NCBI GenBank assembly: GCA_965204735.1
Contig: OZ242008.1
Coordinates: 2,176,001 to 2,240,000 of the forward strand
Reading direction: 5' to 3'
DNA length: 64,000 nucleotides
Source of the DNA: Longimicrobiales bacterium
GTDB taxonomy: Bacteria; Gemmatimonadota; Gemmatimonadetes; Longimicrobiales; Gaopeijiaceae
The notes under the pieces were generated by a model that made no database searches, had not been told where the DNA came from, and worked only from the letters and a program-made list of their open reading frames with translations. Below are positions 9,793 to 20,700 of the stretch, in pieces; positions within the stretch are counted from its first letter, which is position 1; the number at the start of each line of letters is the position of its first letter. Position numbers and translations under genes: made by a program.

Positions 9793-10605
9793 TCAGCCCA
9801 GTTTTGCCATGACGCGTTCAGCGTCGGCGGCGGTGGCCGTCTCAGTGAACACCTTGAGGAATCGACGCCAGTGCTTGGCGGGGATGCCGGACAATAGACG
9901 GCCCCCGGCGGCGGTCACGAACTCGTCCATGAGGCCGCAACGCGCTATTCTTCCGAAGTTTCGCCCCGAGTCGTCTTCGGCGCGATCGAGTATCTCGTCG
10001 CCCTTCGCCGGATACGGATCTGAGCGATCCGACACGACCACTGTCGCCGACTTGCGATGGGTCATCACGTGCTCCCAGTGGTAGTTGCGATACTCGGCCA
10101 CGTACCGTGCCATTTCCGTGTACGGTGCAGCCAGCCGAGGCACGCCGGAGACGACCTCGCTCAGGTGCCAGGGGTAGACGACAAACAAGTCGGCCTGGGC
10201 GCACGCCCCCGGCGTAGCCAAGAACCGGAAGCTGGGCGCTTCTTCCTTCGCCAACAGATACCACCCCTTCAACTCGATGCCGAGGATCACGTTGGACGGG
10301 TCGGCGGAGTGCTGAAGCCGGACGTCTGGAAACGTCTGTGGTTGCCGAACAAACGAGTACATGGCGTACTGCTCGTTTGCATCCCAAAGTGGGCGAAGCG
10401 CGTTGAGCGTCTCGACTACGCCTTCTTCAATCGCAGCTCCGAGCAGAGCGTTCAGGTTGAACAGATCGCCGGCCTGGACACCCCGGATCACGACGTCGGA
10501 TCGGAAGTTGCCGGGCACCGCGAACACAGCCTCTCGCACTCGCTCGAAAAGGTGATGGTGGTGCCAAGAGGGCCCTGGAAAATGCCGAACAGGAGGAGCG
10601 GACAC
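9793..10605 (-). CDS. Putative PD-(D/E)xK restriction endonuclease
   Basis: FPD-x16-ELK motif (PD at 10324-10329, ELK at 10267-10275). Directly downstream of a DNA MTase, and more A/T-rich than the flanks. Start at GTG 10605 is uncertain. Confidence 0.65.
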   Translation of the reverse strand: MSAPPVRHFPGPSWHHHHLFERVREAVFAVPGNFRSDVVIRGVQAGDLFNLNALLGAAIEEGVVETLNALRPLWDANEQYAMYSFVRQPQTFPDVRLQHSADPSNVILGIELKGWYLLAKEEAPSFRFLATPGACAQADLFVVYPWHLSEVVSGVPRLAAPYTEMARYVAEYRNYHWEHVMTHRKSATVVVSDRSDPYPAKGDEILDRAEDDSGRNFGRIARCGLMDEFVTAAGGRLLSGIPAKHWRRFLKVFTETATAADAERVMAKLG

Positions 10606-10619
10606 GAGGGAAGCCGTTT

Positions 10620-11684
10620 TCAGATCAGTCGGAGCTGAAAGCCGTCCTTCAGGCGCTGCACTGCAGCGGCATGGTATTCGGGGAGCAGCTCCGCCGAATA
10701 GCACTCGCGGTCAGTGTCGGCGCAGACCATGGCGGCGGTGCACAGGCCTCCGAAGGGTTCCCACACGACGTCTCCGGGATCGGAGGCCGCGTCGACGATT
10801 CGCCACATCAGTTCCTTCGGCTTCTGGTTTGCATGAACGAACTTGCCCGAGCCGTCCCGACGACGAACTCGCTCCTCGCCTCGAACCGCAGGCGACGACC
10901 AGACGTTGGTGACCCCAAGACGGAGATTGAACTTCGATCTCATCCGTGCCCAACGCGCGGCCGTCAACGGAACCTGTCCATCGACGGAGTAGTATGGGCG
11001 GCCGTGGGGATGGCCGTGAGCATTTGCATAGTCGGCCAAGCGCTGAAACGCTTCCGGGGGCGGGAAGTACCAGACGTGGTCCTTGGTCAGGTACTTGCGC
11101 GTCGCGGCGTTCTTGACGCCGCAGGCTTCGTTCGACCGGCTCAAGGGCAGGCCAGACCGCTCCCACTCCCACCGCAGCCACTCCTTGACGCCGAGGCTTC
11201 GACCGCTCACCACGAACCTGGGCGCCTTCACGTACTGGGCGCATACTTCGGTTACCACGGGAAACTTGCGCAGCGTCTTTGAGTTCGTGTTGCCGGAGAC
11301 ATGGGCGATCCCCTTGTCCCAGATGTTGCATCCCACGTACACCCATCCGAACTCGACCAACAGCGGATGAACCGTGGCCCACCCGACTTCGGTGTTCCAG
11401 AACCAGAGCGTCGTCTCGCCCGTCGCCGCCGTGGACCACTCCGCCACGTGGGGCCGATACCACTCCACCAGCCCCGCCGGCGTGGGGCTGTCTCCCGGAA
11501 ACCCGGACACCCCGTACGCTCCGTCGGAGACGATGACGACGGGGCTGGGCCACTGGGAATACAGCTGAAGCGCGTCGCCGAGGAAGAGCCTGGCGCCGGC
11601 GTGCCGCGCCGAGGGCGGTCGAGGCGGCGAAGAAGGCGGGTCGGGCCGGGCCGGCGGCGGGGAGCTGACCGAACGGACTGCCAT
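10620..11684 (-). CDS. Site-specific DNA amino-methyltransferase (N4C/N6A, beta-class motif order) with atypical motifs
   Basis: GDAL..., motif IV-like VSDGAYG, NIWDKG, TNVW, H-x-NQKPKELM, motif I-like VVWEPFGGLCT, CYSAE. Confidence 0.85.
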   Translation of the reverse strand: MAVRSVSSPPPARPDPPSSPPRPPSARHAGARLFLGDALQLYSQWPSPVVIVSDGAYGVSGFPGDSPTPAGLVEWYRPHVAEWSTAATGETTLWFWNTEVGWATVHPLLVEFGWVYVGCNIWDKGIAHVSGNTNSKTLRKFPVVTEVCAQYVKAPRFVVSGRSLGVKEWLRWEWERSGLPLSRSNEACGVKNAATRKYLTKDHVWYFPPPEAFQRLADYANAHGHPHGRPYYSVDGQVPLTAARWARMRSKFNLRLGVTNVWSSPAVRGEERVRRRDGSGKFVHANQKPKELMWRIVDAASDPGDVVWEPFGGLCTAAMVCADTDRECYSAELLPEYHAAAVQRLKDGFQLRLI

Positions 11685-11766
11685 GGGCGAAAGCTGAGCA
11701 GCGACGCGCGCCAAAGCAAGATCGGCGTCCGTTGCCAAACCGCGGAGGGGCTGGACCTGCTGCGGC

Positions 11767-14700
11767 CTACTTGAAGGTGATCGTGCCGACGACTCCGACG
11801 CGGCGTTCCGGGAGCTGGACGCCGTTGGCGACCTGCTCGCCGAAGAAGTCCATCACCAGGCGGAGGCCGGGGGCCTGCTGCTCGGCGGTCTCGCCACCCA
11901 GCGTCGCCCACTGCGTCCCCACGTTCAGGCGGTAGCCCGCCGCGCCCTCGCGGCTCCAGCGACCGAACGGCTTGATCCGGCCGCCGCCGGGGAGCGCCAC
12001 GCCGTAGCCTACCTCCATCGCCAGGCGGTCGGGCGTCCAGCCTCGTGCGTCCTGGTGTGCTCCCAAGCCGTAGGCGGACGGGAAGCCGTGGGTCGGCCCG
12101 TCGCCGTTGCTCGTGGGACTGCCTGGCCCGGCGGGACCGCCGTGGCCGGTGGGGCCGCCTTGGTCGGTGGGGCTGCCGTGGCCGGCTTGGTCGCCGGCGG
12201 CGGGCACACCGTTGCGCTGCACCGCCGGACCCGGCCAGCCCAGGCCCGGCACGCCGCCGCTCCGCCACACGTCGGCACCGCCCTGCCACAGCGTCTGCGC
12301 GCCCCCCGAGGCATTGCCCCACGACGGCTCCAGCGAGAACGACAGGCCGCCGTCTTCGCGGCCGGGCTGGACCCGCAGCGCCACCGCCGCGCCCCACTCC
12401 TTGAAGTTCCGGTCCTGGTGGATCAGCAGCATCCGGCCCCGTGCATCCAGGCTCAAGCCGCTGCCCACGTGCACGAACCCAAGGTCGGCGCCCGCTTCGG
12501 CACCCATCCCCGTCTCCGCGTCGCCACCGTCGTAGCGACCGCCCACTTCGATCCGCGTCCGCATGGCGATGCTGCCGCTCGTCCACTGCCCGCCCAGCTC
12601 GGGCGCCAGCCGCACCCGCTGCGCGTCGGCCTTCACGGCAGCCACATGTCCGTTCGACGCGTCCGTCGTCATGCGCACCGCGAAGGCGTCGGCCTTCAGC
12701 GCCAAGCCGCCCACCAGCTGCTGACGCACGCCCAGCGCGCCCATCCGCATCCTCAGGTCGGCGTCGTAGGTCGGACCCGTCTCGCCCACGTTGGCGGCGC
12801 CCCGCCCCGCGCCGGCCAAGCCCCAGACGCCGAAGCCGCCCTGGGACGACCAGCTCGCGTAGGGGTAGAGGCTGGTCAGGTGGGCCTTCGTCTTGCCCAC
12901 GCCGTTGATCCCGCTCTCGTAGTTCGCCGCCATGTCGCTGCGCGAGCCGGCCAGGCCCATCAGGAAGCCCGAGCCGAAGCGGTAGTCCAGGCCCAGGTAC
13001 GCCGAGCGGGTGCGGCCGTCCATGGTGAAGTCGTCTTCGGGGCGGCCCTCGAACTCGCCCACGTTGGCCTGGCCCCACAGCGTCCAGCCCGTCTGGGAGG
13101 CCGTCTGCGCCGGGGACGCGCCGGGCGAGCGGCTGGCGGCGCCGGCGTGGGTGTCGGCGTTGTCCTGCTCGCCGCCCGAGCCGCCGAAGGAGAGCTGGAA
13201 CGAGCTCCGGGAGCGGAGGTCGCGGCCCGTCAGAGGGCTGAACGCGACGCCGCCGCGGGTGCGCTCGGCGGGCAGCGCGTCCTCTTCCCGCTGGCCCTGG
13301 TACGAGCCGCCCAGGCCGAGGGATCCGCCCCCAGCGCCCAAGCCCGCTCCGCCGTCGCCGAAGAGGATGGTGGCCAAGTCCAGCGTTCCGCCCGGGATGC
13401 CGCCAAGTCCCGAACCGGCGGCGCCCGGATGCGTGATCTGGAGCCCCAGCAGCCCCGTTGCGTTCCGCACGAGCGACTCGAGCCCGCAACGGCCGCCCAA
13501 AACGCCCCCGCCCAAGCCCGCGCCCCCTTCGTCCGGGCCAGCGTGGGCCGAGGCCGTGCCGCTGGACACGCCGCCCGAGCCACGGCCGCCGCCGAACGCG
13601 ACGCAGCTCAGCGAACGCCCGCCCAGCTGCACGTGCGAGCGGCCCAGCGAACCCGACGACTCCAGACCCAACCGACCGCCGATCGCGTCCACCGTCTCCG
13701 TGCCCAGCGACCGACCGAACGCCGCCAGCGTCAGCTTCAGCGCACGCGCCCGATCCGCACGCGACGCCGACACCGTCACGCTCGCCTGCTGCGTCGCCGT
13801 CAAGCCGCCCGCGTCCGTCGCCGTCACCGTCACCACCGCCGCGCCGATCTCCCGCGGCGCCACCGACAGCCGCCCCGCGCCCGACACCGACGCCGCCGCC
13901 ACGTCCGGCGACGACGACACCACCACGTAGCTCAGCGCGTCCCCGTCCGGGTCCCGGAAGTACTCGCCCAGACCCACCTCCCACGGCGCGCCGCCCACCT
14001 CCAGCACCGGCGGCGACAGCGAACCCACCGCCTCCGGCCCCTCGTTCACGTCCAGCAGCGTCACCACGACCGCCGCCTCGGCCGTCAGACCGCCCACGTC
14101 CGTCACGCGCACCGTCAGCGCGAACTCCGGTGGACCGTCCTCGTAGTCCTCGCCGCCGCCCACGTAGCGCACCTGCCCGCTGGCCCCGTCCACCTGGAAC
14201 CGACCCGCGTCGCCCTGCGCCAAGCTGTACGTCAGCGCGTCGCCTCGGTCCGGGTCCGTCGCCTCGACCCGTCCCAGCTCCCGAGGCCCGCGCACGTTCT
14301 CCGCCAGCTCGAAGGCGTACGCGGAGTCCACGAACGCCGGGGCCTCGTTCACGTCCAGCAGCACCACCCTCACCTTCGCCACCGCCGCCAACCCCGCCCG
14401 GTCCGTCGCCACCACCTCGAACTCCCAGCCATCAGGACCCGTCTCCGCGTCCTCGCCAGCGCCCACGTACCGCACCGCCCCGCTCGACTCGCCCACGTCG
14501 AACAGCGCCGCGCGCGTGCCGCTCAAGCTGTAGCGCAGCGTGTCGCCCGCGTCCACGTCCGTTGCCTCGACCGCACCCAGCTCCACCGGGCCCGCCACGT
14601 GCTCCGCCAACTCCCACTCCCAGATCGACTCGACGAACACCGGGCCCTCGTTCCGGTCCTCGAGCGTCACCACCACACGCGCCCGCGCTGCCAAGCCGCC

Positions 14701-17700
14701 TCGGTCTGTCGCCGTCATCTCCAGATCCCAGCTGCCTGGGCCTGTTTCCGCGTCCTCGCCCGCGCCCACGTACTGCACCGCACCGCTCGTCGCGTTCACC
14801 TTGAACCGCTCGGCGTCGCCCGCCGTCAGCGCGTACGACAGCCAGTCGCCGCCGTCCGGGTCCGTCGCCCGAACCGCGCCCAGCAGCAGCGGACCACGCT
14901 CGTTCTCCGCCAGATCGAAGGCGTACGCAGAGTCGGCGAACGCTGGACCCTCGTTCACGTTCGTCAGCGCCACCGCCACCAACGCCCGCGCGCTCGAACC
15001 CGCCAGGTCCGTCGCCGTCACTTCCAGCTCCCACGACTTCGGTCCCGCGCCCTCGTAGTCCTCCCCGCCGCCCACGTACCGCACCTCGCCTGTCGCGCCG
15101 TCCACCGCGAAGCGATCGGCGTCGCCCGCCGCCAGCCGGTACGTCAGCGTGTCCCCCTCGTCCAGGTCCACCGCCTCCACCGCGCCCAGCGCCAGCGGTC
15201 CGGCAACGTTCTCCGCCATGGCGAAGGCATAGCGCTCCGCCGTGAACACCGGCGCGTCGTTCACGTTCACCAGCCGCACCGTCACCGTCGCGTCGCCCGT
15301 CCGCTCCCCGTCGTCGGCCGTCGCGCGCACGATCATCACGAACTCCGAACGCGACTCCGCGTCCTCGCCCGTCCCCACGTACCGCACCTCGCCGGTGCGA
15401 GCGTCCACCTCGAAGAGACCTTCGTCGCCCGCCGCCAGCGAGTACGCCACCTCGCCGCCGAAGGGGTCCGTCGCACTCACCGTCCCCACCACCACCGGCC
15501 CCGACACGTCCTCCGTCAGCTCGAACTCGTACTCCGCGCGACCGAACACCGGGTCCGTGCCCCCCGCCCCGTTCACCTGGTGCTCCTCCAGGTTCTCCAT
15601 TTCGTGGCCGCTCAAGTCCAGCGCCGCCGCCGTCGTGCCGCCCGCGATCCGCAGCGCAGCGCCGCCCGTCGCAGTCAGCGCGTCGGCAGCGATGCTGATC
15701 CCGTCCTCGTCCCGGTCCGCAGGCTGCACCACGTACTCGAACACCACCGCCGGCGTGCCCGAACCCGACACGTAGCTCGCCTGGCGCACGGCCGTCCCGA
15801 TCTCGATCGACAGCTGCGGCGCGCCCACCACCTCCACTGGTCGGCTGAACGTCACCGTCACACGGATCACGCTCCGGGGACCGTACAGTCCGCTCGCGCC
15901 CGGCGTGCTCGTCACCGCCATCGCCATCACCGCAGGCACCGCCTCCACCGTGCCGTTCACCTTGTCGTTCGCCGCCGCCGCGATTGCGTGGCTGCCCAAC
16001 GCCAGAACCGCCGGACGAACCCCGTCCGCCGTGTTCACGATCGTCGCGCCGTTCAGCGTCAGCGCAGCAGCTGCCACGCCCACGCCGTCGGCGTCCGCGT
16101 CCACGCCGCCCGTCCCGCTCCCGCCACTGCCCGCGCCCTGCACGCGGTACGCGAACGACAGCGTCGCCGTGCCGCTGCCGCCGACGTAGCTCGCCTGCCG
16201 CGTCGTCGTGCCCACCGTCAGCGCCAGCTGCGGCGCGCCCGTCACCGTCACCGCACGGTCGAACGTCACCTGAACCTCGATCCGCTCGCCCAGGCCGTAC
16301 GTGTCGCCGCTCTCCGGCGTGCTCGACACTGCGACGCCCGTCACCGACGCGCCCGCCAGCGTACCGTCCACCTTGTGGCCCGCAGCAGCGCTCAACGCAT
16401 GGCTGCCCAGTCCCAACGCCGCCGCAGTCGTGCCGTCGCGGGCGTCGTTGAGCGTCCCGCTGTTCAGCGCCAAGGCACTCGCGCCCACCTCGATCCCGTC
16501 CGCGTCCGCGTCCGCAGCCACCACCGTGTAGCGGAACGTCAGCGTGTGCGTGCCCGTCCCGCTCGCGTAGTCCGCCTGCCGCGTCTGCGCGCCCACCGTC
16601 AGCGCCACCTGCGGCGTGCCCGTCACCGCCACGCGACGGTTGAACGTCACCTGAACCTCGATCTGCTCGCCCCGCGCGTACGTCGTCCCCACCGCAGGCG
16701 AACTCGTCAGCGACACGCCGCTCACTGACGCCGCCGTGAACGTTCCGCCCGCAACCTTGTGCCCCGCGCTGTTCGTCACCGCGTGGGCGCCCAGCCCCAG
16801 AACCGCGTCCACCGCCCCGCCCGCCACGTCGATCATTCCGCCGTTCAGCGCCAACGCGGTCGCGCCGATGCTCAACCCGTCCGCGTCCGCGTCCGCCTGC
16901 ACCACCACGTACCGGAACACCAACGACGCCGTGCCCGTCCCGCTCGCGTAGCTCGCCTGCTTCGTCGCAGCGCCGATCGTCAGCGCCAGCTGCGGCGTGC
17001 CCGTCACGTCCACCCCCTTGTTGAACGTCACCGTCGCCACCACGGTGTCGCCACGCTCGAACGTGTCGCCGATCGGCGGCGACGCGACCGACACCCCGCT
17101 CACCCCCGGCGGGCCCTGGGTGCCGTCCACACGGTGGCCCGTGCTGTTCGATATCGCGTGGCTGCCCAGCCCAAGGCTCGCAGCCGTCGAACCGTCGCGC
17201 GCATCCGAGATCGTCCCGCCGTTCAGCGCCAGCGCGCTCGCACCGATGCTGATCCCATCGGTGTCCGCGTCCGCAGCCGCCACCGTGTAGCGGAACGTCA
17301 GCACGCCGCCGCCCGCCGCCACGCTCGTCGCCGAATCGTACGCCGCCTGCCGCGTCTGGCTCCCGATCGTCAGCGCCAGCTGCGGCGCGCCCGTCACCGT
17401 CACGTTGCGGTCGAACGTCACCTCCACCTCGATCTCCTCGCTCAACCCGTACGTGCTCGCGCCCGCCGGGCTGCTCGTGATCGTCACGCCGCTCACCGAC
17501 GCCGCCGTGAACGTCCCGCCCGCAACTCGCAACGCGCCGTCGTTGCTGATCGCATGATGCGCCAGGCTCAGCAAGGCGTCCGTCGTACCGCCCGCCACGT
17601 CGATCGTACCCCCGTTCAGCGCCAGCGCGCTCGCGCCCACGCTCAAGCCGTCGGTGTCCGCGTCCGCCGTTACCACCACGTACCGGAACACCAGCGCCGC

Positions 17701-20700
17701 CGAGCCCGTCCCCGATGCGTAGCCCGCCTGCCGCGTCTGCCCGCCGATCCCCAGCGCCAGCTGCGGCGTCCCCGTCACGTCCACCGCCTTGTTGAACGTC
17801 ACCGTCGCAACCACCGTGTCGCCGCGCTCGAACGTGCCGCCCGGCGGCGCCGCCACCGACAAGCCTGCGACCCCCGGCGGCCCCTGGCTACCGTCCACCT
17901 TGTGCGCCGCAGCGCTCGTCACCGCATGCGCGCCCAGCCCCAGCGCCGCAGCCGGCGCTCCAGGCCGCACGTCCGCAATCGTTCCGCCGTTCAGCGCGAG
18001 CGCGCTCGCACCGATGCTGATCCCGACCGTGTCCATGTCCACAGGACGAACCGCGTACGCGAACACCAGCGTGTCCACCTTGCTCGAAGCCGAATCGTAG
18101 CTCGCCTGTCGCGTCTGCGTTCCGATCGTCAGCGCCAGCCGCGGCGTGCCCGTCACCGCCACCGGACGACTGAACGCCACCTTCACCTCGATCTGCTCGC
18201 CCAGCTTGTACGTGCTGTCCGCCGCCGGCGCGCTCGATATCGTCACCGCGCTCACCGCCGGCGTCGTGAACGTCCCCGTAACCTTGTGCCCCGTGCTGTT
18301 CGCCACCGCATTCGAACCCAGGTCCAGCACAGCGTCCAACGTCCCACCCGCAACCTTGATCGTCCCGCCGTTCAGCGCCAAAGCGCTCGCGCCGATGCTC
18401 AATCCGTCCGCGTCCGTGTCGCCACTCGCCACCACGTACCGGAACACCAGCGTGTCCGTGCCCGTCCCGCTCGCGTAGCCCGCCTGCCGCGTCGCACTCC
18501 CGATTCCCAGCGCCAACTGCGGTGTCCCCGTCACGTCCACCGAACGGCTGAACGCCAGCGCCACCTCGATCGTCTCGCCCCGCTCGAAGGTGTCGCCCAC
18601 CGTCGGAGAACTGATCGACAACGCCGTCACGCCCGGAGGACCCAGACTCCCGTCCACCTTGTGCAAAGCAGCGTTCGCGATCGCGTGCGAACCCAACCCC
18701 AAGCTCGCGTTTGCCGTGGCGCCGGCGAGCACGATCGTACCCCCGTTCAGCGCCAAAGCGCTCGCACCGATGCTCAACCCGTCCAAATCGCTGTTCGCCG
18801 CCACCACCACGTAGCGGAACGTCAGCGTCCTCGTCTCCGAACCGCTCGCGTAGCTCGCCTGGACCGTGTCGCTGCCGATCTCCAGCGCCAGCTGCGGCGT
18901 CCCCGTCACCGCCACCGAACGCTCGAACTCCACCTCCACCTCGATCGCCTCCGTCCGGCCGTACGTCGAGTCGGCGCCCGCGTCGCTCGATATCGTCACC
19001 CCGCTCACGCCCGGCGCCACCTCCTTCGTCCCGTCCACCTGGAACGCCGCCGCGTCCGCAAAGTTCCACGGCGCCAAAGTCAGCCGCGCGTCCGTCGTCG
19101 TGCCCGTCCCACGGATCGTCGCGCCGCCCGGCAGCGTCAGCGCGCTCGCCCCAATGCTGATCCCCGTCGAGTCCGCGTCCTCAGCAGCCACCGTGTAGCA
19201 GAACACCAGGATGACGCCGCCCCCTGTCGTGCCGCACTGCGGAGCACTCCGCGTCTGCGCGCCGATCCCCAGCGCCAGACTCGGCGTCCCCGTCACCGTC
19301 ACGCCCGTGTTGAACCCAACCCCCACGCGTATCGGGTCGCCCAGACCGAACACGCTGTCCGTGCTCGCGTACGACAGCCCGCCGAGCGTCGCCGACAGGA
19401 AGAACACGCTCGTCACGTAGGGAATGTCGCCCGCAACCTTGTGCGCCGCCGCATTCGTGAACACGTGCGACCCCAACGCCAAGTTCGCCGCGTCCGACCA
19501 CAGCCGACTGTCCGCGATCGTGTCCGACGCGCTCACCGCCAGCGCGCCCGTTCCCACGCTGATCCCGTCCGCGTCCGCGTCCGTCGCCTGAACCACGTAC
19601 CGGAACGTCACCCGCGTGAACGTCGCGTCCCTGCGGTTGTACTCCGCCTGACGCGTCGAGTCGCCGACCGCCAAGGCCAGCTGCGGCGTCCCCCCCACGT
19701 ACACGCTCCGCACGAACTCCACCTCCACCTCGATCGCCTCGCCCCCCAAGTAAGTGTCGCCCACCGCCGGAGTGCTCGTTATCCTCATGCCCTTCACCAC
19801 CGGCGTCGTCCGCGTGTTGCCCGCAACCTTGTGCGCCGCGCTGTTCGAAATCACGTGGCCGCTCAGGCCCAGAACCGCGTCCGTCGTCGTCCCCATCCGC
19901 CGGATCGTGCCCCCGGACGGAGTCTCCAAAGCGCTCGCCCCGATGCTGATCCCGTCCGTGTCCGCGTCCGTCTGGAACACCGTGTACTCGAACTCCAGCG
20001 ACGTCGTCCCCGAACCTCTCACGTACAGCGCGTTCCGCGAACTCGAGCCGATCCCGAGCCGAACCCGCGGCCTGTTTGCACCTGTGCCCGTCACCGTCAC
20101 CGCAACGTCGAACTCCACCGTCACAACCACAACGTCGCTCAATTCGAACGTGCTGTCCGCCACAGCATCGCTGATCGACACCCCCGTCACCACCGGACGG
20201 TCGCCCGCCACCTTGTGCGCCCCAGCGTTCGCGATCGCATGAGAACCCAGTCCCAGCTCCGCCGTCACCGTCGCGCCCGCCTTGTTGATCGTCCCGCTGT
20301 TCAACCCCAACGCGCTCGCGCCAATGCTCAACCCGTCCGCGTCCGCGTCCGTCGCCGCCACCGTGTAACGGAACGTCAGCGAATCCGTCCCCGTCCCGCC
20401 CGCGTAGCCCGCCTGCCGCGTCGCCGCCCCGATCCCCAACGCCACCTGCGGCGTCCCCGTCACGTCCACCGCCTCGCTGAACTTCACCCACACCTCGATC
20501 CGCTGGCCCACCCCGTACGTGCTGTCCGAGCCCGTCGTGCTCGCGAGCCCCGCGCCCGCCACCACCGGCACGCCCTGCAAACCGTCCACCTTGTGCGCCG
20601 CAGCGTTCGACACCGCGTGCGCGCCCAGCGACAAGTCCGCCCGCGCCGTGCCCCCGACGCGCGTGATCGGCGCCGCGAAGTTGCTGAAAGCGTTCGCCGG

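Noticed and set aside
9773..11766. Mobile-element boundaries around the RM cassette
   Set aside because: No transposase, terminal inverted repeats or target-site duplication recognised by eye.
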